DNA of 32,000 bases from Candidatus Electrothrix sp. GW3-4 (lineage in GTDB: Bacteria > Desulfobacterota > Desulfobulbia > Desulfobulbales > Desulfobulbaceae). The stretch is from positions 300,001 to 332,000 of the forward strand of contig NZ_CP147990.1 in NCBI RefSeq assembly GCF_037902255.1. The letters run 5' to 3'. Below the pieces are notes generated by a model. That model was given only the letters and a program-made list of their open reading frames with translations. It was not told the origin of the DNA and ran no database searches. A program made the translations under genes and the position numbers. This document shows, piece after piece, positions 16,159 to 24,540 of the stretch. Position 1 is the stretch's first letter, and every line of letters begins with the position of its first letter.

Positions 16159-17962
16159 TAATTCTACTTTGTCACATTAGCCAGCAGCCTGTAAAAGGTC
16201 TTCTGCATGTTGTTTTTTGTAATTCCAATCAATAGATGCCTGCCTTTTTTCGTACCTTACTTGCATTTGTCGAAAGATCTTCTCTTCTGAAATATCCCGA
16301 CGAGGAAGGTAATGACTCAGTAATACGATAATATCACGACAACTCAACAGTGGGCAATCCTCCTTGTGGAGTAGCCTTTCTTCAAGAAAAAGAGCATAAC
16401 AAGCAATACCATCGCCATATGGTGATGCCAACTTCTCCAACTACGGACCTGATAGTCCGACATGCCGCACTGATTTTTTGCATCCTGAAATGATCGTTCA
16501 ATTCAGAATCGTTGAGCCTGCATATAGGCTAATCGGTATGTCGACGTATCGAGCGTGGCATTACTCAGGCTATATTTCAATTTTTCGGGTGATTTCAATT
16601 CACGCCGGACGATGAGATGCCATCTGTGGGGGCTTGTTTTCTTTGCCATCCCAAAGCCAAACTTGTTTATGCAAAATATCAACAATCAACTTGCCGTTGG
16701 TCGATTTTCGTATAGCCAGACGTTGCCAGTCACCTTTCGCTTGCTCCGCAACTCACTTGTCAACTCGAAGTGCTGCAGTTTGTGCTTTGAGCAAAGATGG
16801 TTTTCTCCCTCTGTTGCTTTGTGGCGGCGGAACAACAGGGGCGGGATTGATCGGGTAAATACGTTGATCTTTATGCACATCTGCAAGGAACACCTCGCTC
16901 ATGCCATCCAAGGATCGAAGGAAATCAGGGTCTTCACCATACAAACCGTCACAGCTAACCCAGTTGAAATGTATGCCAAGAGAGCGTGCATGAGCTACTA
17001 TCTCAAGAGCCAAGTCATGCTTGCGTTTGAAAACAAGCTTTTCTTCAGGGATCCCGGCAGCTAGACAACGTTCCTTGTCCTCTGTCCAAACCTTTTGGGC
17101 AGATACAGCCGGAAATCAACAGGGGTTACACGGTTCCTGCAACCCAAAGCGGCAAAAACACCACACTGACTGTTGTCGACTTTGCCCAATTGGCCAATCC
17201 ATTGCCTGTTAACACCAACTGACTTGATACCCTTTTTCACGTAACCTGTTTCGTCTATATAAAGGCCCGTGTCAGGGTGATTTTTGAATATAGTATTTGC
17301 ATCTTGAGCAATCTGGTCAACAACAGGACGTTCATCCCAGGGCGAACAGGAGATAAAATGTTGCAGCGCCTGATCATTGATGGTTTCGTAAAAAGTCCAA
17401 TTTTGCGAAAAATCGTATTGTAACTCGTTGAGTTGCCGTTAGCGAATTACTGTTTTCTGACTTTTTACCAGGCCATCATCATTGGATTCCGGTATTTTTT
17501 CGGCCATCCGCTCCATATTTCTTTCCCTGGCCTGGGTTAGGCCCTTCAAATATTGGCTCGCTTGCTGACTCACGCTATACGTTTTAGTTTTAAAAAATGA
17601 CGAAAATCTATCATGATACGATACAAGTCGACATGATATATCTCTCAGTCGTCCGTATGGAGTGTCATTAGCAAAAAAATTCTTTTTTACATTCAGATCG
17701 CTGGGCTGTTGTAAGGAAATATTGCAGCTTGTTTTTTTGTTTATTCATACCTGACACCCCACCATTTGGTCAACAAATTACAGTTTATTGTTTTTACTGT
17801 TAATAATTTTTCACACAGCCTGGTTTTTCGAAAAACCTCGTGTGTTAACCTGTTTAAAATAAATAACTTATTTTTATTGACCAAATGGTGGGTGACATTA
17901 TACATCAAACATCTATAATATCAAGAATATAATTTAACTTCTAATGTGACAAAGTAGAATTA
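16159..17962 (-). mobile_element. IS701-family-like insertion sequence, transposase decayed (stops, frameshifts, MITE insertion)
   Basis: Perfect 22-bp terminal inverted repeats: TAATTCTACTTTGTCACATTAG (16159-16180) and its complement (17941-17962). Minus-strand pieces read in order: ...YSVSQQASQYLKGLTQARERNMERMAEKIPESND / QALQHFISCSPWDERPVVDQIAQDANTIFKNHPDTGLYIDETGYVKKGIKSVGVNRQWIGQLGKVDNSQCGVFAAL / KVWTEDKERCLAAGIPEEKLVFKRKHDLALEIVAHARSLGIHFNWVSCDGLYGEDPDFLRSL / WHLIVRRELKSPEKLKYSLSNATLDT...RF*IERSFQDAKNQCGMSDYQVRSW / LLSCRDIIVLLSHYLP. There are in-frame TGA codons at 16755-16753 and 16505-16503, and at least three frame changes. Confidence 0.8.
17379..17477 (-). mobile_element. 99-bp MITE-like element, copy B (inside the IS701-like transposase gene)
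   Basis: GATGGTTTCGTAAAAAGTCC...GACTTTTTACCAGGCCATC flanked by ATCATT (17373-17378) and ATCATT (17478-17483). Removing the element plus one ATCATT joins ...PESND to QALQHF... in frame on the minus strand. Confidence 0.85.
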
Positions 17963-18569
17963 TTGAGTCAAACGATGAAAGGCCGAAATCTTCGCAACGA
18001 AGTTCTCAATAAACTCAAACCGTTGCTTTGGTACGGTCTAACCGATAAGGCGATCGAGTTTTTGCTGGAAATTCCAGAGAAGGATATGAGGAGGGGCCAA
18101 TCATTAGAAAAACTCATTGCCTATCTGGAAAGAAACAGACCATTGTACAGGACAAAAAAGATCGTTTCAGCAAAAAAGTTTCTTTAATTTCGGCATATTA
18201 AGAAAATAGCCCAACTGAAGACTTTCCTTTTAAAACCAAATGCTTAACGATGGATCTTCAAAAAATGTCCTGTACAATGGAAACAGACCTTATATCCCTT
18301 GCTATGCTGCCCGAAAAGAACTCGGACTTTGTAATTCCAGTGCTGTCAGCGAGAAGGCGAATGATCTTATCGTGTCAGACCGACAGAAACATAATGGAAT
18401 GAGCTGGGCTAAAAAAGGAACAGTGGCTCTGGTCGCAATTTTTTTATCCCAACAAGACGTATCCTCTCAATATTTACCAATCAGACCCCGATCTGTCCCC
18501 ATTCTTTCCCTATTGAATTTCAAAGCCAATCATGTACCCTCACAACAGAGGTACAATATCTTGAACTGA
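17963..18569 (+). pseudogene. C-terminal remnant of an ISKra4-like transposase, 5'-truncated by the IS701-like element and split by a 138-bp insertion
   Basis: ...LKPLLWYGLTDKAIEFLLEIPEKDMRRGQSLEKLIAYLERNRP | YIPCYAARKELGLCNSSAVSEKANDLIVSDRQKHNGMSWAKKGTVALVAI. The L..YL..N...I.Y......G....S..vE.a......R.K..GMSW pattern is what I remember from ISKra4-type transposase C-termini. It begins abruptly at the IS end. Confidence 0.5.
18142..18279. mobile_element. Second MITE-like element (138 bp) with a 10-bp direct duplication
   Basis: Termini ATTGTACAGGAC (18142-18153) and GTCCTGTACAAT (18267-18278) are perfect inverted repeats. Flanked by GAAACAGACC at 18132-18141 and 18280-18289. Excision plus one duplicate restores AYLERNRPYIPCYAARKELG in frame. 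Confidence 0.75.
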
Positions 18570-18754
18570 CTTTTATTTTTTGCCGCAAAAACTATTTTTC
18601 CCGTCAATAAAAAACTAACCTAAATTCCTATAATCACTTGAATCCATGTGATATACAAATGTTAAAACAAAAGGTTAAGTAATGCTAGTAATTTTTCCTT
18701 TCCGCAAGACCAAGAGAGGTTATATTGAAAAATATAAAAAATTAAACCATCTCC

Positions 18755-18783
18755 TTGACCTTTTAAAATTATTGTTCTATGTT
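18755..18783 (+). promoter_or_regulatory. Candidate sigma70 promoter for the large secreted-protein gene
   Basis: TTGACC (18755-18760), a 17-nt spacer, then TATGTT (18778-18783). About 150 nt upstream of the GTG at 18932. Pattern match only. Confidence 0.25.
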
Positions 18784-19142
18784 GAAAAACAAATCAATCA
18801 TTACGGATAATAATTATCAATAACAACAGGCATGAGTAGAAGGTATGTTGACCCCGCTCAAAAGAGGTTGGAAATAATAAAACTCCCCCGGCCCTATAAC
18901 GATGTTTCATATAAAAAAAGGAGGAATAGAAGTGGAAAAAAAAATAACAACAATGATGCTCTTGCTCGCCTCATGCATATTATCATTGGTGCTCAACGTA
19001 GCAGGTGTCTTGACACGAGTGGCTGTAGCCCAGGATGAAATTCCGGTAGGAGCCACAATTACTTCAGCCTTTCTCTATGTTCACACAACGTTGAGGTTCA
19101 ATAGTGGCCAAACAGTAAACGTGCATCGGATTGATGAAGAAT

Positions 19143-19241
19143 GATGGTTTCGTAAAAAGTCCAATTTTACGAAAAATCGTATTGTAACCCATTGAGTTGT
19201 CGTTGACAACTTGTCATTTTCTGACTTTTTACCAGGCCATC
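19143..19241 (-). mobile_element. 99-bp MITE-like element, copy C (inside the large secreted-protein gene)
   Basis: GATGGTTTCGTAAAAAGTCC...GACTTTTTACCAGGCCATC flanked by AAGAAT (19137-19142) and AAGAAT (19242-19247). Element plus duplication is 105 nt, so the frame is preserved. Two in-frame TGA codons result: 19142-19144 spans the left flank/element junction and 19193-19195 lies inside the element. Confidence 0.9.
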
Positions 19242-20401
19242 AAGAATGGAGCGAAGCAGAAGTTACCTGGTACACCAGGCCAAATTTTGACGAGAATATC
19301 GAAGGATTTTTTGTGGTCGAGGGTTCCGGCTATCACTCTGCCAATGTGACGGCTTTGGTTCAGGACTGGGTGAATGACCCCGATACCTATCCCAATCATG
19401 GTTTTTTGCTTGAGCAAGGTGCAACTAGCTATTCTCAATATTATAGCAGTGAGTCTACAGAGGTTTTTAAAAGACCCAAATTGGAAATATCTTATTATAC
19501 AACCGATCCCACAGATATCACAAAGGTGGTCATTCAACGTGATAGCGATGGGCAAGATGGTGTGGCCGATACTTATGTTTGGGCAAACCTACCAGATGAT
19601 AATGCTGGCACAAGCCGTGAACTCTATACAGGCCTAGTTTACGGTTATGAGAAACAGACACTGCTTCGGTTCGACTTTGATACTGTTTTTATTCCTGCGG
19701 CCATTGGTGATCGTGTTTGGAATGATACAAACGAAGACGGAATCCAGGATCAAGACGAGTCCGGGATTTCTGGAGTGACCGTAAATCTTTATACCTGTGC
19801 TGGCACATTAACAGAATCGACAGTATCTGATTTAGATGGCAATTATGAATTCACAGAATTAACGCCTGGATCCTATTATGTTGAGGTCGTAACTCCTGGA
19901 GGCTATGAATTCAGTCCCCAGGATCAGTCTGACGATGAGCTGGACAGTGATGTTGCTCTGGCATCAGGTGCAACCGCATGCACCATGCTTGCACCAGGCG
20001 AAAATGATCTAAGCTGGGATGCCGGACTCTACATGCCCTCAACTTCTGAGATCGGCGATCATGTTTGGGAAGACTTTAATAAAGATAGCATTCAGGATGA
20101 TGGTGAATCAGGAATCCCCGGTGTAACGGTAAACCTGTACAGTTGTCAAGGTGATAATATGGGTACAACCACTACCGACAGTAATGGAGAATACCTGTTC
20201 AACGGTCTTGACGCCGGTGATTACAATGTTGAGTTCATTCTTCCTGAAGGTTATGAATTCACCTCGCAGAATATAGGTGGCGATGACGCAAGTGATAGCG
20301 ATGTTGATCCTGCTACAGGAGTAACTGAATGCACTACACTTGCCTACAGTGAGAGCGACCTTACCTGGGATGCAGGTCTCATCCTTGAGACTCCTCCCAA
20401 C

Positions 20402-21727
20402 TGTGAAGACTGCGAAGGCAAGGTGACAGAGCTGACTTTGCAGTTCAATGGAGCATCTGATGCTCTAGTTAGAGTACAGACGAAAGGCAAAGGCAGCATC
20501 GTAGTGTTTGAAGAAATTGTTGTATCTGGTGGTGAATTCACCATCTCCGGTCAAGATAAAAATGGCACTCTTGGAACTGAAATCACCTTGTGGGTAAATG
20601 GTATCGAAAACACCAAGATCCACACAAGCTGTTCCCAGCCCATCGGCCCAGGTCTTGTAAGCGGTGCTTTTGAAGTCATTGCGGGAACCAGCAAGGACGG
20701 CGTGTTATGCCCGATAACAACTACAGGAGATAATTGCCGGAAATGTAAAGGCAAGGTTGTTCAACTAACCATGCAGTACACCGGTGATCAGGACGCTGTG
20801 ATAATGGTGAAACAAGAGGGTAAGGGCGGCGGCGTCGTATTTGGCCCTGAAACAGTCTTAGCCGGAGGCAATTTTGAATTCCACGGCATTGATAAAAATG
20901 GCACTTTTGGAGCCGAAATCACCTTATTTGTGGATGGTGACCAAAACACCAAGATCTACACAAGCTGTTCCCAGCCCATTGGCCCAGGCATGAATAGTGG
21001 AGACTTCAAGGTGGTTGAAGGATACAGCAAGGATGGCGGCTCGTTATGCCCGATAACACCAACAGGGGATGAATGCGGAGACTGCGAAGGAAAGGTGACT
21101 CTATTGACCCTTAAGTTCAATGGCGACGATACCGCCAATATCGAAGTGAAGATGAAGGATGGTCCCACTGTGTTTTCTGAATACGTTCATGCTGGCAATG
21201 AATTTTCGTTCTCCGGCCAGGATAAAAATGGCACTTTTGGAACCGAAATCACCTTATTTGTGGATGGTGACCAAAACACCAAGATCCACACAAGCTGTTC
21301 CCAGCCCATTGGCCCAGGTCTTGTCCGCGGCTCTTTTGAAGTCGTCAAAGCTATTTCTAAGGAAGGCGGCTTGATCTGCCCGGTAGTTTCTTCAGGTGAG
21401 GATATGGGAGAGTGCAGGGGCAAGGTGACACGGCTGCAACTGCAATACCTCGGCACTGAAGATGAAGAATCTTCTATCAAAGTAGTAATGAAGGGCAAGG
21501 ATGGCAGTACCGTATTTAATGAACTCGTTACTGCTGGTAATGAATTTATGCTCTCTGGCCAGGATAAACAAGGAACTCTTGGGACCGAAATTACCTTATT
21601 TGTGAACGGTGCGGAAAACACCAAAATCCATACGAGCTGCTCCAGACCGATTGGTCCAGGCATGATTAGTGGAGATTTCAAAGTAATCGATGGTGACAGC
21701 AAAGACGGTGGCAAGCTTCCGCCGCTG
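20402..21727 (+). repeat. Four tandem ~110-aa coding repeats (periods 333/339/~330 nt)
   Basis: Repeats start at TGT 20402, TGC 20735, TGC 21074 and about 21404. Consensus: C-x2-C-x-GKVT-x-LTLQ(F/Y)-x-G...V(F)...G-x-EF-x-(S/H)GQDKNGT(L/F)GTEITL(F/W)V(D/N)G-x-x-NTKIHTSCSQPIGPG-x-x-(S/R)G-x-F-x-V...SKDGG-x-(L/I)CP. Confidence 0.9.
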
Positions 21728-21805
21728 TAAGAATAGAACCGGATGAGTCTTCAATAAATGATCGAATAGATTACGACTTCTCTTTTGTTTAAAACAGCTG
21801 AGCTC

Positions 21806-21838
21806 GACCCGCATTTTTCCGTGGTGAAAATGCGGGTC
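21806..21838 (+). terminator. Rho-independent terminator of the large secreted-protein gene
   Basis: GACCCGCATTTT-tccgtggtg-AAAATGCGGGTC perfect 12-bp stem followed by ATTCTTTT. Starts 76 nt after the stop. Confidence 0.8.
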
Positions 21839-21959
21839 ATTCTTTTAAATCCAGGGTCTCTTCACGTAGCTCTGTATCGCAACCGATAGGATTGATTCAA
21901 GTCTATCTAGTACAGCTCCGGCGTCAATCATCCAATGAACTCGTTGCCATGATGGGGCC

Positions 21960-22230
21960 ATGCTGTTGCAGCTGACCGACGAGGAAACGACCGAGCAGTT
22001 CGCCTTCAATATACAATGGCATTAGGCATCACAAATAATTGGGATCAAGCTGCATATGTCTGCCCTAAAAGCATTTGGTCAATGCGGTCGATCATGACAA
22101 AATACGGACTTTACGATCATGTATTCGAGGCCATAGGCGATGAGCTCATCAAAGTATTTGATACGAATACCTCTCTGCAACGTATATATTCCGTTCATGT
22201 ATTTTCCAACATGAAGCAGCTGGATTACAA
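21960..22230 (+). pseudogene. N-terminal remnant of a DUF772-type (IS5/IS1182-like) transposase
   Basis: MLLQLTDEETTEQFAFNIQWH* then, one frame over, ALGITNNWDQAAYVCPKSIWSMRSIMTKYGLYDHVFEAIGDELIKVFDTNTSLQRIYSVHVFSNMKQL. This resembles the InsH-N/DUF772 pattern (L..L.d.e..e....n..w.y.lG......p....l..fR..l.......lf). Frameshifted near 22015, and no DDE part follows. Confidence 0.4.
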
Positions 22231-22315
22231 ACCGCCCATCTTTTATAATGGGTGCCTATTTTATCTCTTGTATTATGGTTGTTTTTGATCACTATTTTTT
22301 GTGAAGGGCTACCAA

Positions 22316-23686
22316 ATGTTACGTCTATTAACTAAAGGAAATTTGATTCGATACCAGGTTGTTCTCATGAGCGGAGATGTCCTTATTGCTCTTGGTATCT
22401 TTTTGTTTGTACATAATTTTTTGCCATACCCATTATGTACACCAGGGGGGCTGGTCCTCATTGTAGCTACACTCCTGATGATAACGTATATGTTTGGACA
22501 ATATCAAGCTACCACCCATCTTAAAGCTCTATACTATTCTGTTTTTCTTATCCTCATATCTGTGTCTTTATACTTGGTCTGTTCCGTAGTTAGAGCTGGA
22601 GAATACACTAGCTTTTCTTTTAACTGCCTGGTATTGTTTCTTTTAATGCAAGCCTGGTGGCACTACCTAGTTCATAAGTTGTACAAATCTGTTCTGTTAA
22701 AACAGAAAATTATTGTTCTTGGCACCGGCCCCATCGCCGAAAAAGTAGACTGCCTGATACAGGCAGACTCTGATCATTACTCTCTGCTAGGTTTTATAGG
22801 CACCCCTAAGGACTACGTCACTGTTTCGAAAGATAAGATTATTGGCGAAATCGAAGATATCGTGAAAATAGCAACAGCAAGGTTGGATAAGGCTACCCAT
22901 AAGGCTGACTCTATTGTTCTTGCTTTGACCGAAAAAAGAGGGAATCCATTTATGGACCAACTGATTTCCTGCAAGCTTAACGGCATAAGAATTATTGAGT
23001 ACCCTTCATTCTGCGAGATGATGACGGGGAAAATTCCGATTGAGGATATTAACCCAAGCTGGCTCGTTCACAGTAATGGTTTTCTTATAACTCCTTTGCT
23101 TCGAAGTGTTAAGCGGTTTTTGGATATTATTGCAGCCAGTTTATTGCTGGTTATTGTTTCTCCATTTATTCTACCGATTATTCTAGTTATTAAATGCGTA
23201 TCCCCTGGTCCGTCTCTTTATATGCAGGAGAGGGTGGGACTGCATGGAGCCACTTTTACCATCTATAAGTTTCGTTCCATGAATGTGGATGCTGAAAAGG
23301 ATACAGGTCCTATTATGAATTCATCTATTGATGATGATAGAATATTTTCATTTGGTGCGTTCATGAGAAAGACGAGAATTGATGAACTTCCGCAACTGAT
23401 AAATGTTCTCAAAGGTGATATGAGCTTTATAGGACCTCGGCCGGAACGCCCTTCTTTTGTACGGCAAATAAATGAAATGACAAGATTTTATAATGAGCGT
23501 CATGCGGTAAAGCCTGGGATTACCGGCTGGGCTCAAGTAATGTTTCGCTATGGTTCGAACATTGGAGATTCTATCGAAAAATTACGTTATGATTTATATT
23601 ATATCAACAACATGTCCCTTGTACTTGATCTGACAATTGTGCTTGAAACCATCAAAGTCGTACTCTTTAGAAAAGGCAGCATGTAA
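22316..23686 (+). CDS. Exopolysaccharide polyprenyl-phosphate glycosyl-1-phosphate transferase (WbaP/EpsB-type bacterial sugar transferase)
   Basis: Four to five N-terminal TM helices and a central linker. C-terminal PF02397-type domain: KRFLDIIAASLLLVIVSPFILPIILVIKCVSPGPSLYMQERVGLHGATFTIYKFRSM...DELPQLINVLKGDMSFIGPRPERP...KPGITGWAQV. ATG 22316 preferred over GTG 22301. Confidence 0.85.
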   Translation: MLRLLTKGNLIRYQVVLMSGDVLIALGIFLFVHNFLPYPLCTPGGLVLIVATLLMITYMFGQYQATTHLKALYYSVFLILISVSLYLVCSVVRAGEYTSFSFNCLVLFLLMQAWWHYLVHKLYKSVLLKQKIIVLGTGPIAEKVDCLIQADSDHYSLLGFIGTPKDYVTVSKDKIIGEIEDIVKIATARLDKATHKADSIVLALTEKRGNPFMDQLISCKLNGIRIIEYPSFCEMMTGKIPIEDINPSWLVHSNGFLITPLLRSVKRFLDIIAASLLLVIVSPFILPIILVIKCVSPGPSLYMQERVGLHGATFTIYKFRSMNVDAEKDTGPIMNSSIDDDRIFSFGAFMRKTRIDELPQLINVLKGDMSFIGPRPERPSFVRQINEMTRFYNERHAVKPGITGWAQVMFRYGSNIGDSIEKLRYDLYYINNMSLVLDLTIVLETIKVVLFRKGSM

Positions 23687-23943
23687 CTGCTTACCGGAAT
23701 TTTTCAGGGTTGCACTCACTGGTAATTGATATTTGGTCAATCATGGTGCGGTGAACGCGAAGGCGTTTCCGATTTCCTATTGTGTTACTCGTGTTTTTCG
23801 GCACGAGAAGGAATGTGTAATAAAATCAATATAATGGCAGAATGGCGAGCAGGGTGGAATCAGTGAGACAATAAGTTAACTTTGCCTTTTACAAGCAATT
23901 TGAGTTTATTTGTCGTATCGCTTATATTATAAAATAAATTCTA

Positions 23944-24058
23944 GGTAGTCCTGCATTGAGATGATGATGACTTTTTCAAGACTGTCTGCCAGGGCCCAGA
24001 AAATCGTACGAACTGGCCAGCCCCGAATCGGGAATCATCACCTCGTTGCAGGACTACC
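23944..24058. other. Long imperfect hairpin unit E1 (115 bp)
   Basis: GGTAGTCCTGCAttGAGaTGATGAT (23944-) pairs with ATCATCAcCTCgtTGCAGGACTACC (-24058). The outer 12 bp are perfect. The interior has CTGCCAG/CTGGCCAG and CCCG-aat-CGGG sub-hairpins. Preceded by AAATTC-ta and followed by AAATTC. Confidence 0.8.
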
Positions 24059-24064
24059 AAATTC

Positions 24065-24199
24065 GGCTACCAACTTAAGGCGGGACAGCCTGCAAAATTA
24101 AACAATTGCACAGACCTTCGCAAGCTTTTCATTGCAGGGCTTTTGCCAAATTCGGAGACCTTATAACCCGAACTTTTGTCCCGGCTTACGTTGGTAGCC
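24065..24199. other. Long imperfect hairpin unit E2 (135 bp)
   Basis: GGCTACCAACtTAAGgCGGGACA (24065-24087) pairs with TGTCCCGgCTTAcGTTGGTAGCC (24177-24199). The interior has AGCCTGCAA...TTGCAGGGCT and AAATTCGG...CCGAACTTT sub-hairpins. Preceded by AAATTC and followed by cc-AAATTC. Confidence 0.8.
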
Positions 24200-24226
24200 C
24201 CAAATTCTATTGTATTTTCATCACCT

Positions 24227-24312
24227 ATGGTTCGGTAATTAATTTTTAATTGAATAATTTCAAAAGGTTTTTTTGGTGAGGCATTCCTGTGCAATAAAAT
24301 TTACCGAACCAT
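24227..24312. other. Hairpin unit E3 (86 bp)
   Basis: ATGGTTCGGTAA (24227-24238) and TTACCGAACCAT (24301-24312) are perfect 12-bp inverted repeats around an AT-rich 62-nt interior. Confidence 0.75.
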
Positions 24313-24540
24313 TGATCACGGATTAAGGATAATCTTAATATTGATGGCAGGGCAAACGCATGACTTCTGCCATAGAATTAATAGAATATGTAAACTCGTT
24401 CCATGTTTTATTGAAAATATGCTTCTCTCTATAGTTTTTATGCAATAATGACGCTTGGATGACACTTTTTCAAGGAACTATACATGCATTTTAACTATTT
24501 GTTATAAAAAGATAATATCTCGTGCGTTCGCCCTGATATT

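Larger units (their letters stand above)
18932..21730 (+). pseudogene. Large secreted multidomain surface protein (DNRLRE-like domain, 2x SdrD-B-like domains, 4x unassigned Cys-repeat), interrupted by a 99-bp MITE
   Basis: AGGAGG then GTG 18932 gives MEKKITTMMLLLASCILSLVLNVAGVLTRVAVAQDE (signal). This ORF stops at TGA 19142-19144, which spans the left flank/element junction. The 839-aa track ORF (19211..21730) is in the same frame. Domains: ...AFLYVHTT...VNVHRIDEE[W]SEAEVTWYTRPNF...HGFLLEQ...RPKLEISY (DNRLRE-like); GDRVWNDTNEDGIQDQDESGISGVTVNLY...DGNYEF..LTPGSYYV (SdrD B-like, twice); then four ~110-aa repeats. Confidence 0.8.

Noticed and set aside
19142-19195. In-frame TGA codons in the large secreted-protein gene as selenocysteine or readthrough sites
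   Set aside because: One TGA spans the left flank/MITE junction and the other lies inside the 99-bp MITE. The gene is restored exactly by excising the element, and I see no SECIS-like context. They are insertion-derived stops.
20891-21319. Diversity-generating retroelement TR/VR pair, given two near-identical 99-nt tracts
   Set aside because: The differences are not adenine-specific (G/A and T/C). No reverse transcriptase or accessory gene is present. Both tracts are in-frame parts of a protein repeat array.
24065-24199. Integron attC site, given an imperfect palindrome with ...CCAAC / GTTGG... ends
   Set aside because: The core sites do not fit RYYYAAC / GTTRRRY. No integrase or cassette array is present, and the neighbouring units have unrelated ends.
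24067-24294. 75-aa minus-strand ORF in the EPS-locus gap
   Set aside because: It has no RBS, it runs straight across the stems of hairpin units E2 and E3, and its product has no signal or motif.
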